Below are positions 12,352 to 26,870 of a DNA stretch of 64,000 nucleotides, in pieces. The position numbers were made by a program, and so were the translations under genes. Source of the stretch: Hemiscyllium ocellatum (Eukaryota). The stretch is from assembly GCF_020745735.1 (NCBI RefSeq), contig NC_083403.1, positions 44,380,766-44,444,765 on the forward strand. The letters run 5' to 3'. Position 1 is the stretch's first letter, and every line of letters begins with the position of its first letter. The notes below the pieces were generated by a model. The model worked only from the letters and a program-made list of their open reading frames with translations, was not told the origin of the DNA and made no database searches.

Positions 12352-13905
12352 GTTTGCCACACAGAGCCATTAATTCTGTTTGAAGTTACCAGGCAATCCC
12401 AAAACCACCAGACTATGCCTCCCAAACCCTTGCCAAATACCTCTGTGAGTTACATTGCCAAATGGATCAATAACATTCCAGGTTTGATCCCTGGTCTGCG
12501 TTGAGTTAGCTAGTCTGCCACAACAGATCTCAGAACACTTGGACTGAGATGGTAGCGGAGGGTAAATGAGGCATAAAATTCAGTCAGATATCTGCTCTGG
12601 CACTGCATCAGTGAGAAAAGGGTATGCCTATGGACACCGAGTAAAGACAGGACGATGTTCCACATTGGTAAAATAACCACAGTCCCTGGATAGCTTTAAA
12701 AATCAAGAGGAAGACTACTTGTTAAAGAATGTTGAAACACCAGTATTCACTAACCATGAGTCATGAATGGATTAAATGAGATTTAAAAACTAACTACAAT
12801 CTAAGGTAAACGTTTTGTCTTTTGAATGCCTACAAGTTGAGCCCAATGTTAACTCTGTCATCAGTGACATTGAATTAAGAGTCCTTGTGCTACTCAATTC
12901 CCATTTAAAAGATCACGACTGGGAAACTACGGTATTAGTTCCCCATTTGAGTAATTCAATTTAGAGTTGCACTTTTACTATTGCAGAGTTGGATTACCTA
13001 CTACTCAGACCACTTTTGTCTGTAGTTATTGTGTAAAATGTTCCCCTGGAAATGGTCAAAATCATAAACTCTGTAGGGTAGCTAAAGGCACACAAAGATT
13101 AAAGGTTTGCAAACACAGGAACTGATATGTCTTGTGCTTCCCAATTTTATTAACGGGATGCTAGTTGTCCCACTAAATTAATTGAAATCAGTATCAATGG
13201 ATTTTGACTTGATGAAAACATAAAATAAAACACAAAACAAATTTTCACCAAATTTCCATGTTATGACCTAAGTGTTTGAAATATGCTATAGCGCATATAA
13301 GCTGTCACATCATAAGCTCCAATCAAACTATTTGTTTGAATTAAAATAAACAAAAGGAGAGATTTACCTTGTAACAGCCAACAACTCAGTCTTCTCCAGA
13401 TTAACTGCTCTGGCAAGTTAATGTCAAATTACATAAACTGTAAAACGATTTTCTCCATCCATCAAGCAAACTGGAAGTGGTCAACGCATTCTGTTTCCCT
13501 GCATATTGAAAGTGATCTCTGTTTGTTCTTCCCTCACTGTGATCTCAGCAGATGTAACCTGAGCTCGCACAGTTCCCGTTTGCCTGGGTCCAATCCTTCG
13601 AACTGGAACCACCCATAACAACGATGGTTTCTGTTTTCAGAAACATTTAATTATACTACAGCTATAGTGTATGATAGACACCTTTAAAGAAACTAGTTAA
13701 ACTAATTATTCTCCTGAAGCTCTAATGTAGTTTCATAATATACCATAGATGACTCCTCAATTATTTAAGCAAGCATCTGTTCTATTATAATGGGAGCTAT
13801 TCCAGAAGCTTTTGTTCCTTCAGAGATACTGTGAACCTTGACAACTGTCCCAATATGGCTGGTCTGCCTTACAACTAGCAGCCCTCAAGTAACCATGGTG
13901 CTAGG

Positions 13906-14781
13906 CAGAGGAACCTCAAATATCCAAATCTCAGTTATCCAAATTTTGGATTATCCAAAGAAGATCTCAAGGTCCTGATAGAAACATTGCATTAAAGAGG
14001 TGTTTCCAACTCTGATCATGTCTTTTGTTTACAGTGATCAAAAACAAACTTGGCTTACTGAAATGCTGTCAAGAACACTCCTGGACAATGATGGGAGCCC
14101 AGGCACTGTCTCCAAATGACTGACTGCCCGTCTTTTCTCTCTGTCTCTCCCCACACTTTCCCTAGAGTTCTACACAGGGGTGTACCCAGAACCACCCTTC
14201 CCCAGATAATCTCTCCAACATTGTCCTGTACAGGGCAAAGGTGGAACTTGTCAGAAAGTTACAGTGAAAAGGTAGGGGAGTGTTGGTGTATGTGTGTGTG
14301 ACCCCTGAAAGGCAGCAGCAGTCTTACTGTTGGTGTCCAGTCCAGCTGCCCCAGGGGGGTGGGGGTGGGGGAGTTGGGGCTCATGGGGGTTGGAGGGTGC
14401 TGGGCGGCCGAGTAGACAGGGTGCAGACAGTGAGTAGGGGTGGGTGCAGACAGGGGCCAGGAGCTTGCGTGTGGTGTGCTGCTGCCTAGGCTCCTGAACA
14501 GGGAGCAGACTTAGCAAGTGCTCGCTGTATCAATCCTATTGAGCTGATGGGGGTGGTGGGGAGGCTTCAGCAATTCTGCAGGTCCCTTACACACAAGTGT
14601 GTCTCTGCTCGGAAACAAAACCTGAGACAAAGAGAGGGAGCAAAGCAAGGAGAGCAAGGAAAAACGAAACTTCAGAAAATTCTGAGCCCAGAGGAGAGGC
14701 AGTGAATCAATTAACCAAATAATCAATTATCCAAACAAATGATTGCCTGCCCATTTCATTTGGGTAATGGGGGTTCCTCTG
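13906..14781. mobile_element. Non-autonomous Tc1/mariner-superfamily (Tigger/pogo-like) MITE
   Basis: Terminal inverted repeats cagaggaacctcaaatatccaaa ... tttgggtaatggggttcctctg. No transposase. A related end occurs at about 4684. Confidence 0.75.
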
Positions 14782-17211
14782 AAAAAGGTTACAGCATCTT
14801 TCCTGAGAGCTGTCTAATCAGAAGGTGCTTTCCTGTTCTTCTGAGCTCCACAGAAAAGTAACTCCAACAAAAATTCACCTTCTGCTCACAACTAGAGAGT
14901 TGGTGCAAGCAATGATGGGCTGAATGACCTCTGCTGAACTACAACAATGCTGTGATTGAGTGACTGCTCCCATCCCAAAAACAGCTGGCTGGAGCATGCT
15001 GGGCCCCACTTCGCACTGACAAGTCTTGATGACAACTTCCTAAACAGCCATTAGGCCCTTTCTTAGCACATACAAGGGTTGAAAATCAGTTGGCGTTAGT
15101 TCGCCCCAACAGCTGGAAATTGTGCACGGCTGATATAGGATTGAATTCAGGTGTCTTTGAGGTGAATGGCTTTGTGAAATTGGTCATCCAGTCTCGATCT
15201 TCAATGTTGCAATTCTTAGGCCTTCAAACTTGTTTGTGATGTTGTCTTCAACTGGTGACGACAGACTCGGCTTCTGGAATGGACATAGAGTCATAGAGAT
15301 GTACAGCATGGAAACAGAACCTTCGGTCCAACCCGTCCAGATATCCCAACCCAATCTAGTTCCACCTGCCAGAACCCGGCCCATGTCCCTCCAAATCCTT
15401 CCTATTCATATATCCATCCAGATGCCTCTTAAATGTTGCAATTGTTCTAGCTTCCACCACTTCCTCTGGCAGCTCATTCCACACATGTACCACCCTCTGA
15501 GTGAAAACGTTGCCCCTTAGGTCTCTTTTATATCTTTCCCCTCTCACCCTAAACCTATGTCCTCTAGTTCTAGACTCCCACACCCTAGGGAAAAGACTTT
15601 GTCAATTTATCCTATCCATGCCCCTCATAATTTTACAAATCTCTATGAGGTCACCCCTCAGCCTCTGACGCTCCAGGGAAAATAGCCCTCGCCTATTCAA
15701 CCCTGGCAACATCCTTGTAAATCTTTCTGAACACTTTCAAGTCTCACAACATCTTTCTGATAGGAAGAAGACCAAAATTACACACAATAATCCAACAGTG
15801 GTCTAACTAATGTCCAGTACAGCCGCAACATGACCTCCCAACTCCTGTACTCAATTCTCTGACCAATAAAGGAAAGCATATCAAACGCCTTCTTCACGAT
15901 CCTATCTACCTGTGACTCCACTTTCAAGGAACTATGAGCCTGCACTTCAAGGTCTCTTTGTTCAACAACACTCCCAAGGACCTTATCATTAAGTGTATAT
16001 GTCCTGCTAAGATTTGCTTTCCCAAAATGCAACACCTCACATTGATCTAAATTAAACTCCATCTGCCACTTCTCAGCCCATTGGTCCATTTGATCAAGAT
16101 CCCATTGTAATTCGAGGTAACCTTCTTTACTGTCCACTACACCTCCAATTTTGGTGTCATCAGCAAACTTACTAACTATACCTCCTGTGTTCACATCCAA
16201 ATCATTTATATAAATGATGAAAAGTAGTGGACCCAGCACCGATCCTTGTGGCACTCCACTGGTCACAGGCCCCCAGTCTGAAAAACAACCCTCCACCACC
16301 ACCCTCTGTCTTCTACCTTTGTGCCAATGCTGTATCCAAAAGACTAGTTGTCCCTGTATTCTATGAGATCTAACCTTGTTAACCAGTCTCCCATGGGGGA
16401 CCTTGTCGAACGCCTGACTGAAGTCTGTGTAGATCACATCTACCACTCTGACCTCATCAATCCTTTTTGTTACTTCTTCAAAAAGGTCTATCAAGTTTGT
16501 AAGATATGATTTCCCATGCACAAAGCCATGTTGACTGTACCTAATTAGTCCGTGTCTTTCCAAATACATATACATTCTGTCCATCAGGATTCCCTTCAAC
16601 AACTTGCCCACCACTGACATCAGTCTCACTGGTGTATAGTTCCCTGGCTTGTCCTTACCACCTTTCCTAATCAGTGGCACCACATTAGCCAATCTCCAGT
16701 TTTCCGGCACCTTACCTGTGACTATCGATGATACAAATATCTCAGCAAGAGGCCCAGCAATCAATTCCCTAGCTTCCTATAGATTTCTAGGGTACACCTG
16801 ATCAGGTCCTGGGGATTTATCCACTTCCATGCATTTCAAGACATCCAGCACTTCCTCCTCTGTAATATGGACATTTAGCAAGATGTCACCATCTATTTCC
16901 CTACATTCTCTATCTTTCATATCCTTTTCCACAGTAAATACTGATGCAAATTAATTGTTTAGTATCTCTGCCATCTCCTGCGGCTCCACATAAAGGCCGC
17001 CTTGCTGATCTTTGAGGGGCCCTATCCTCTCGTAGTTATTCTTTTGCCCTGAATGTATTTGTAAAACCCCTTTTGATTTTTCTTAACTCTATTTGCCAAA
17101 GCTATCTCATTTCCCCTTTTTGATCTCCTGATTTCCCTCTTAAGGACACTCATACTTGCTTTATACTCTTCTAAGGATTCACTCGATCTATCCTGTCTAT
17201 ACCTGACATAT

Positions 17212-17654
17212 CTGCAAATGTGTTGCTGGTCAAAGCACAGCAGGCCAGGCAGCATCTCAGGAATAGAGAATTCGACGTTTCGAGCATAAGCCCTTCATCA
17301 GGAATCCTCACTGAAATCCTTGTAGAGGGAGGAAGAGAGCTTCTTCAAGGAAGGCATCCTTGTAAGAGGATTCGCAGTAGGTTAAAATCTTCGAGTAAAA
17401 AATGAGGTCTGCAGATGCTGGAGATCACAGCTGCAAATGTGTTGCTGGTCAAAGCACAGCAGGCCAGGCAGCATCTCAGGAATAGAGAATTCGACGTTTC
17501 GAGCATAAGCCTTCATTCCTGATGAAGGGCTTATGCTCGAAACGTCGAATTCTCTATTCCTGAGATGCTGCCTGGCCTGCTGTGCTTTGACCAGCAACAC
17601 ATTTGCAGCTGTGATCTCCAGCATCTGCAGACCTCATTTTTTACTCGAAGATTT
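17212..17654. mobile_element. Very young composite PLE mini-insertion with a perfect inverted repeat of about 125 bp and intact hammerheads
   Basis: Perfect TSD tatacctgacatat at 17198-17211 and 17655-17668. Hammerheads at 17270-17305 (-) and 17515-17550 (+). Confidence 0.92.
17515..17550 (+). ncRNA. Minimal type I hammerhead ribozyme motif (best-preserved copy)
   Basis: AUUC-CUGAUGA-A-GGGC-UUAU-GCUC-GAAA-C-GUC^-GAAU. Stem I AUUC/GAAU, stem II GGGC/GCUC, complete core, predicted cleavage after 17546. Confidence 0.75.
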
Positions 17655-19237
17655 TATACCTGACATATGCTTCCTTTTTCTTAACCAAACCCTTGATTTC
17701 TTTAGTCATCCAACATTCCCTATACCTACCAGGCTTTCCCTTCACCCTGACAGGAATATACTCTTTCTGGACTCTCATTATCTCATTTCTGAAGGCTTCC
17801 CATTTTCCAGCTGTCCTTTTACCTGCAAACATCTGACCCCAATCAGCTTTCGAAAGTTCTTGCCTAATACTGTCAAAATTAGCCTTCCTCCAATTTCGAA
17901 CTTCAACTTTTAGATCTGGTCTATCCTTTTCCATCACTATTTTAAAATTCATAGCATTATGGTCTCTGGCCCCAAAGTGCTCCCCCACTGACACCTCAGT
18001 CACCTGCCCTGCCTTATTTCCCAAGAGTAGGTCAAGTCTTGCACCTTCTCTAGTAGGTACATCCACATACTGAATCAGAAAATTTTCTTGTACACACTTA
18101 ACAAATTCCTCTCCATCTAACCCTTAACACTATGGCAATCCCAGTCTATGTTGGGAAAGTTCAAATTCCCTACCATAATCACCCTATTATTCTTACAGAT
18201 AACTGAGATCTCCTTAGAAATTTGTTTCTCGATTTCCCTCTGATTATTAGGGGGTCCATAATACAATCCCAATAAAGTGATCATCCCTTTCTTATTTCTC
18301 AGTTCCACCCAAATAACTTCCCTGGATGTATTGCCAGGAATATCCTCCCTCAGTACAGCTGTAATGCTATCCCTTATCAAGAACGCCACTTCCCCTCCTC
18401 TCTTGCCTCCCATTCTATCCTTCCTGCAGCATTTGTATCCTGGAACATTAAGCTGCCAGTCCTGTCCATCCCTGAGCCATGTTTCTGTAATTGCTATGAT
18501 ATCCCAGTCCCATGTTGCTAACCATGCCCTGAGTTCATCTGCCTACACTGTTAGGCCTTTGGCATTGAAATAAATGCAGTTTAATTATCAGTCCTACCTT
18601 GATCTCTGCTTTGTCCCTGCATGCCCTGATGTTTGACTCGCCTTTGTTCTCAACCATATTAGTTTGAAATCTTACTAGTTTAAATCCTCCTGAGCAGTTC
18701 TAGCAAATCTTCCTGCCAGTATATTAGTTCCCATCCAATTTAGGTGCAATCCATCCTTCTTGTACAGGTCACCTTTACCCCAAAACAGCTTCCAATGATC
18801 CAAATATGTGAATTCTTCTCCCGTACACCAGCTCCTCATCCATACATTCAGCTGCTTTATCCTCCTATTCCTGCCCTCACTAGCCCATAGCACTGGGAGT
18901 AATCCAGATATTACTACTCTTGATGATCTCCTTTTTAAATACCTGCCTAACTCTCTGTAATCTCCCTTCAGAATTTCAAACTTTTCCCTTCCAATGTCAT
19001 TGGTTCCAATGTGTACAATGACCTCCTGGGCCGTCTCCTCTTTGAGAACATTCTGCACCCTCTCTGAGACATCCTGGCACCAGAGAAGCAACACACCATT
19101 TTGATTTTTCACAGCTGGCCACAGAAATGTCAGTCTGTACCTGTACTAGAGAGTCCCCTAACACAACCGATCACTTGGAACCTGACATACTTCTCATTAT
19201 ATTAGAGATAATCTGAATACCAGAAACTTGGCTGTTT

Positions 19238-19533
19238 AGATTAGATTACTTACAGTGTGGAAACAGGCCCTTCGGCCCATCATCAAAGCGCAACCCACCC
19301 AGACCCATTCCCCTACATTTACCCCTTCACCTAACGCTACAAGCAATTTAGCATGGCCAAATCACCTAGCCTGCACATTTTTGGACTGTGGGAGGAAACC
19401 GAAGCACCCGGAGGAAACCCACGCAGACACAGGGAGAATGTGCAAACTCCACACAGTCGCCTGAGGCGGGAATTGAGCCCAGGTCTCTGGTGCTGTGAGG
19501 CAGCAGTGCTAACCACTGTGCCACCATGACGCC
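19238..19533 (-). mobile_element. HE1 SINE inserted in CR1 ORF1
   Basis: Full tRNA head (ggcacggtgg..cagtggttagcactgctgcctcacagc), V-domain core and (tctaa)n tail. Confidence 0.93.
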
Positions 19534-21022
19534 ATTTCATGCTATGTTTCCCAGAAAATTGATCACCCTCTACATTTTCCAAAATAGTATACTTTTTTGA
19601 AATGGGGATAGCCACAGAAGACGCCTGCAGTACCCACCTACCTCTCTTACTGTTCCTGGAGTCAACTGATCTACGTGACTATATCTGAGACTTACTCCCC
19701 TTCATTTAACTGCCATCCATCACATCCCCTTGCTCTTGTAAATTCCTAATTGCCTGTAACTGCTTCTCCAACTGATCCATTCGATCTGATAGGATTCGCA
19801 ACCAACGACATTTATTGCAGATATAGTCCTCAGTATTCTGCAAACTCTTCCTAAACTCCCACATCTGAGTAGAAGAGCATATCACTCTACTAAAGGCCAT
19901 TTTTACTTCTTTCAAACTACAGACCTAGAAAATAGCATTGTCTTATTCCTCTGCAAGCACTGCTCCAGTTAAATTAATACTTATGGATTATATTTTAAGT
20001 TTAATCAAGAGACATATCTCAGTAAAATATATTATCAAGAAAGAACCCACTCTACTCACTACTGCAGACTTATTTTAAAGCCGCGTTTAAAATCCACTTA
20101 TCTGCTTCTGTGCTGTGATCATCTGTGATATGGTTGCATTGCGACAGCCATCTTTGGTTTATTTGTATCCCAAAACAAGGGAGTGTGTTGACCATCCAAG
20201 GTAAGATCAGCTAATTCGGTGATTATACTTGCAAATTCCCTGGTTTACATGGCACAGTATTAAGCCAATTACAGTACTTACCAATGAGGGAGCAGCCAAT
20301 GAAAACTGTATATGTATTTATTGAACACAAATTGTAAGGCAGTTCATATGTTTGCCTTTAATGGTCTCAGTTTACAAGAATGAATATTTAGCTCTTATCT
20401 ACTTACTTGTGAGACTGCTATCTCTCCACTTGGGACATAAGAGGTAGGGTCAGCAGTCGGGTATGCAGCCCTTCAACCCTGTTCTACCATTCAGGAAAAC
20501 CATAGCGTGACATTCTCTTTCATTTGCTCAGACTTATTTTCTGGCAAATAGTAATCCTTCTATTAACAGAAACTCAGGATGGCTGACCAACTCATCCATA
20601 GTAGAATAACGCCAGAGCGCACAGGGTAACGGGCCAAGGGCTACAAATGGGATTAATATAGGTAGATAGATGATGATTGGTGTGGACGTGATGACCTCTT
20701 TCCATGCTTTAAAAGCTCTATGACACAAACAGATGGATGACAGTGCCTGCTGGTCTGTGTACACAAACAAAATTAACAGTTGGTGCCTCTCTGGTTGGTA
20801 AGGCTGAGCTCCTGATTTTGGTAACAAAGCTGACACTGATATTCTGTGGCAGAGTGTGCATCTAGATTTTAGCTTCCACCATTTGCCTTCTTCAGTAAAA
20901 TCAAAGTTATGCTCCTTTACGACCACCTTATTATTTCACCAAGAATGCTTTAAAAGAACATTTACAATGCTGGTGAGCTTAGTGGCTAGAATCCTTACCT
21001 CATAGTGCTGAGTAAGAGTAAC

Positions 21023-24018
21023 TAGACAATAGACAATAGACAATTGGTGCAGGAGTAGGCCATTCTGCCCTTCGAGCCTGCACCACCATTCAATATGATC
21101 ATGGCTGATCATCCTTAATCAGTATCCTTTTCCTGCCTTATCTCCATAACCCTTGATTCTACTATCCTTGAGAGCTCTATCCAACTCTTTCTTTAATGAA
21201 TCCAGAGATTGGGCCTCCACTGCCCTCTGAGGCAGAGCATTCCACACAGCCACCACTCTCTGGGTGAAGAAGTTTCTCCTCATCTCTGTCCTAAATGGTC
21301 TACCCTGTATTTTTAAGCTGTGTCCTCTGGTTCGGCACTCACCCATCAGTGGAAACATGTTTCCTGCTGCCAGAGTGTCCAATCCTTTAATAATCTTATA
21401 TGTCTCAATCAGATCCCCTCTCAGTCTTCTAAACTCAAGGGTATACAAGCCCAGTTGCCCCAGTCTTTTAGCGTAAGGTAGTCCCGCCATTCCAGGAATT
21501 GACCGCGTGAACCTACGCTGCACTCCCTCAATAGCCAGAATGTCTTTCCTCAAATTTGAAGACCAGAACTGCACACAGTACTCCAGGTGTGGTCTCACCA
21601 GGGCCCTGTACAGCTGCAGAAGAACCTCTTTGCGTCTATACTCAATCCCTCTTGTTATGAAGGCCAGCATGCTATTAGCCTTCTTCACTACCTGCTGTAC
21701 CTGCATGCTTACCTTCATTGACTGGTGTACAAGAACACCCAGATCTCTTTGTACTGTCCCTTTACCTAATTTGATTCTATTTAGGTAGTAATCTGCCTTC
21801 CTGTTCTTGCCACTAAAGTGGATAACCATACATTTATCCACATTAAACTGCATCTGCCATGCATCTGACCACTCACCTAATCTGTCCACAGTCACCCTGT
21901 AATCTCCTAACAACCTCCTCACATTTCACCCTGCCACCCAGCTTAGTATCATCAGCAAATTTGCTAATGTTATTACTAATACCATCTTCGATATCATTAA
22001 CATATATTGTAAAAAGCTGCGGTCCCAGCAATGATCCCTGCGGTACCTCACTGGTCACTGCCTGCCATTCCGAAATTGAGCTGTTTATCACTACTCTTTG
22101 TTTCCTGTCAGCCAACCAACTTTCAATCCAAGTTAGTACTTTGCCCCCAATACCATGCGCCCTAATTTTGCTCACTAACTTCCTATGTGGGACTTTATCA
22201 AATGCATTCTGAAAGTCCAGGTACACTACATCTACTGGATCTCCCTCATCCATCTTCAGAGCTACATCCTCAAAAAATTCCAGAATATTAGTCAAGCATG
22301 ATTTCCCCTTCATAAATCCATGCTGACTCTGACTTATCCTGTTACTACTATCCAGATGTGTCGTAATTTCATCCTTTATAATTGACTACAGCATCGTTCC
22401 CACCACTGAGATCAGACTAACTGGTCTATAATTTCCTATTTTCTCTCTCCCACCTTTCTTAAAAAGTGGTACAACATTAGCCACCCTCCAATCCGCAGGA
22501 ACTGATCCCGAATCTATCGAACTCTGGAAAATAATCACCAACGCATCCACGATTTCCCGAGCCACCTCCTTCAGTACCCTGGAATGTAGACCATCAGGCC
22601 CTGGGGACTTATCAACCTTCAGACCTAACAGTCTCTCCAACACCAATTCCTGGCAAATATAAATTCCCTTCAGTTCAGGTCCTTCAGCCACTGTTATCTC
22701 AGGGAGGTTGCTTGAGTCTTCCCCAGTGAACACAGATCTGAAGTACCAATTCAATTCTTCTGCCATTTCTTTGTTCCCTGTAATATATTCCCCTGTTTCT
22801 GTCTTCAAGGGCCCAATTTTAGTCTTAACCATTTTTTTGCCTTTCACATACCTAAAAAAGCTTTTACTATCCTCCTTAATATTTTTGGCCAGTTTACCTT
22901 CATACCTCATTTTTTCTCTACGTATTTCCTTCTTAGTAATCCTCTCTTGTTCTTTAAAAGCTTCCCAGTCTCCGTTTTCTCACTTATCTTTGCTATGTTA
23001 TACTTTTTCTCTTTTAACTTTATATGTTTCTTAACTTCCCTCATCAGCCACGGCCACCCATGCCTCCTCCTGGGATCTTTCTTCTTTTTTGGAATGAACT
23101 GATCCTGCATCTCCTGCATTATACCCAGAAATATCTGCCATTGTTCCTCCACTGTTATCCCTGCTAACGTATTGCACCATTGTACTTTGGCCAGCTCCTC
23201 CCTCATAGCTCCATAATTCCCTTTATTCAACAGAAATATTGTCACTTCCGATTGTACCCTCTCCCTCTCAAATTTCAGATTGAAGCTTATTGTTTTATGG
23301 TCACTACTTCCCAATGGTTCCTTCACTTCGAGGTCCCTGATCAATTCTGGTTCGTTGCACAATACCAGATCCAGAATTGCCTTCTCCCTGGTAGACTCCA
23401 GCACCAGCTGTTCTAAGAATCCATGTCGGAGGCACTCCACAAAGTCTCTTTCTTGAGGTCCAATACCATCCTGATTCTCCCAGTCTACTTGCATGTTGAA
23501 ATCCCCCATAACAACTGTAATAACATCTTTGCAACAGGCCAATTTCAGCTCCAGATTCAACTTACATCCGACATCCAGATTTCTGTTTGGGGGCCTGTAG
23601 ATAACTCCCAAGAGGGTCTTTTTACCCTTAGAATTTCTCAGCTCTATCCACACTGACTCTACATCCTCTGATTCTAGGTCCCCCGCACAAGGGACTGAAT
23701 CCCATCCCTTACCAACATGGCCACCCCACCCCCTCTGCCCGTCGGTCTGTCCTTATGATAGCACATGTAGCCTTGAATATTCATTTCAAAGTCCCTGTCC
23801 ACTTGAAGCCACGTCTCAGTTATCCCCACAATATCGTATCTGCCAATTTCCAAAAGAGCCTCAAGCTCATCCATCTTATTTCTAATGCTTCGTGCATTAA
23901 TGTATAGTATTTTTAATTTGTTACTGCCCTCACCCTTCCCATCAACTCCTATTTCACTCAACCTTACAGCATGATCCCTTTCTGAGTTTTCTGCCTCATT
24001 GATTATAGATTTCAGCAA
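21023..24018 (-). mobile_element. CR1 LINE, second subfamily, near-complete ORF2 broken by frameshifts
   Basis: 23674-24018 (YINARSIRNK, ITETWL), 22907-23653, 22386-22910, 21873-22313 (KFADD), 21119-21922. (ATTGTCT)3 tail. Confidence 0.95.
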
Positions 24019-25474
24019 ATGACAAATCTTTCCTGTATTAGATCACTCCTAGGAAGTGTAAATCTCTGAGTTAATCATTGTTACACACCCGGAGACAGAA
24101 GGCATTACACTTCTTTGTCAAAGCAACACAAACACTGGAAAAAGTGAATATGATAGGAAGAACGTAGAAAGTGAGACTTGTGAGACATTGGGCTACTTCA
24201 CAGGTTCACTGGTTCATGTTATTTGTAGTACACAGATCACGAGCCAACAGCAGACTCAATACCTAAAACTACAGTATGGAGATCACTGTGCTTCAGATAG
24301 TTAACACTGGCAATTTATTAACAAAATCAACTAGCTTAATTGGCAATGGGCATTCACAGTGTCTAATGGTTCTGAGTTCTACTACAAAAAGTGGAAAGTC
24401 AAGACTTCCTTTCATTGGACTGATCCAAATGTGGTCATTCCCCAGGACCAGCATCATTGTTCACTTTAGGTGTGATCTTTACATTCTACCTCAGATTACC
24501 CCAAAAAGATAAGGGATCCCAAACGTTTGAGCAACAGGTGAAGATGCCTGTTTCGTGCTGCCTGATCCATGCTGTTACTATTCAGGAGCAACATTAGCAG
24601 TTTACCACTAACAGGTCGCTGCTTTCATACCAAAAGGACCATGTCATTGAACATTATCAATTAATCCCGGTACTGGTAAAACATAATAAATATCAAGCAA
24701 ATACTCCCTCAGTTCAACAGTTTGCAATAACATTCCAAGGTCTTATAGCCTACACAGGGTCCAGTAACTGTTCCCCCTCACATCTTGGTGTACAAAATGT
24801 CTACATATTTAGCTTATTGTGCATGCTGCCTTTCTTGGGTGATGTGTGGATGACGGAGGGGAAGAATTTCCTATTTTGTTTACCACTCCTTCTGCATATG
24901 TGCCACACAGCTTGCATCATTTACTTCTGAATCAGGTCTCTGATGTAAAAGGTCCATGTAGAGGCACCACACTGGCCTCTTTGTTTGTAGGACAATGTCT
25001 GTGACTGCTGAATGATCAAATTATCGAGGAACTGCTTTGTTTCGGAATTGTCCACAAAGGCTCACCGGAACCATTCCCAATAGATCCAGCACAGATGCTG
25101 ATATTGTCTCTGTGTTTGCCACGCTATGGGTATCAACCAGAATTTGTGAGGAACACATGCACCAGCTCAGGACCAGCACCAACCTCCAGTGGATATAGAG
25201 TTGTCTCCAAGTGCAGATTTTCCAGCCAAGGTTACCGTCAAGATGTGAAAAAAGTGTTGGTGATCCACAGTCATTGATCTTTCATGAAATGTCATGCAGA
25301 TGGGAGCAGGACAGTGGTGCTTTACTCTGTGTGGAGGTAGGGGTAAGACCAACATGTCATGATGCCCAGTGTATCTGCAATGCAACTAAGTCTTCCAATG
25401 TGGCCAACCTGAGCCATAAAATGTCTCCTCAACATCACACTTTGTCTGGTGGTTCAATACAGTACAGTCCCTGA

Positions 25475-26870
25475 ACACAGGTGAGGTCCCAGAGGAATGG
25501 AGAATTGCTAATGTAGTCCCCTTGTTTAAGAAGGGTAGCAGGAATAATCCAGGTAATTACAGACCTGTAAACCTGATGTCAGTGGTAGCGAAGCTACCGC
25601 AGAAGGTATTAGGGGATAGGATACATACCCTTTTGGAAGAAAATGGGCTTATCTGTGATAGGCAGCATGGTTTTGTGCAGGGAAGATCATGTCTTACAAA
25701 CCTAATCGAATTCTTTGAAGAGGTGACAGAGTTGATTGATGAGGGAAGGAATGTAGATGTCATATAATGGGCTTTAGCAAGGCGTTTGATAAGGTTTCCC
25801 ATGGTAGGTTGATGAAGAAGGTGAAATCACATGGGGTCTAGGATATTCTAGCTAGATGGATAGAGAATGGTTCGGCAACAAGAGACAGAGAGTAGTAGTG
25901 GAAGGGAGCTTCTCAATATGGAGACTTGTGACCAGTGGTGTCCCACAGGGATCTATGGTGGGACTACTGCTGTTTGTGATACACATAAATGATTTGGTGG
26001 AAGGTGTAGGTTGACTCATTAGCAAGTTTGCAGATGACACTAAGATTGAAGGAGTAGCAGATAGTGAAGGGGACTCTCAGAGAATACAGCAGAATATAGA
26101 TAGATCGGAGAGTTGGACAGAGAAATGACAGATGGAGTTCAATCCGGACAAGTACGAGGTGACGCAGTTTAGAAGATGCAGTTCAAGAGTGAACTAAACA
26201 GTAAATGGAAACATCCTGGGGAAAATTGAGGTACACAGAGATCTGGGTGTTCAGGCCTATTGTTCCCTGAAGGTGGCAATGCAGATCAGTGGAGAGGTCA
26301 AGAAGGCATACGGCATGCTTTCCTTCATCGGATGGGGCAAGAGTTGGTAGGTCACGTTACAGTTGTATAAGACTTTGGTCCGGCCACATTTGGAATACAG
26401 CGTACAGTTCATTTCGCCACATTACCAAAAGAATGTGGATGCTTTGGAAAGGGTGCAGAGGAGGTTCACCAGGATGATGCCTGGTATGGAGGGTGCTAGC
26501 TATGAAGAGAGGTTGAGTAGATTAGGATTATTTTCCTTAAAAAGAGGTTTGGGGGGACCTGATTGAAGCCGACAAAATCATGAGAGGTGTAGATAGGGTG
26601 GATAGCAAGAAACTCTTTCCCAGAGTGGAGGACTCAATTATTAGGGGTCATGAGTTCAAAGTGAGAGGGGAAATGTTTAGGGGAGATATACATGGAAAGT
26701 TCCTCACGCAGAGGGTGGTGGGGGCCTGGAACAGATTGCCAGTGGAGGTGATAGGGGAGGGAACAATTGCATCATTTAAGATGTCTCCAGACAGATACAT
26801 GAATGGGCAGGGATCAAAAGGATACAAATCCTTAGAACATAGGCGACAGGTTTAGATAGAGGATCTGGAC
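25475..26870 (+). mobile_element. CR1 LINE RT 3' half, decayed
   Basis: PGNYRPV, QHGFVQGRSCLTNL, LVRPHLEY, TQRVVGAWN. Confidence 0.9.

Larger units (their letters stand above)
15285..20130 (-). mobile_element. Near full-length CR1 LINE (ORF1 Zn finger plus SGNH esterase; ORF2 APE-RT), inactivated, with two nested insertions
   Basis: 19706-19915 (ICNKC finger), 18675-19112 (VHIGTND, DGLHLN), APE fragments 17641-18413, RT 15778-16764 ([13 protein letters not shown]), 3' tail near 15285. Confidence 0.95.

Noticed and set aside
12470-12700. Ancient SINE-like conserved element
   Set aside because: Only a B-box-like start and vague resemblance; the family cannot be assigned without a search.
17385-17654. 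miRNA precursor or CRISPR-like repeat
   Set aside because: The hairpin is fully explained by inverted PLE terminal repeats within a TSD. There is no repeat-spacer array and the DNA is eukaryotic.
24050-25470. Possible RTE-like or other retroelement relic (QIHWA..HV-like peptide on the minus strand)
   Set aside because: Similarity is too weak to support a call by eye.
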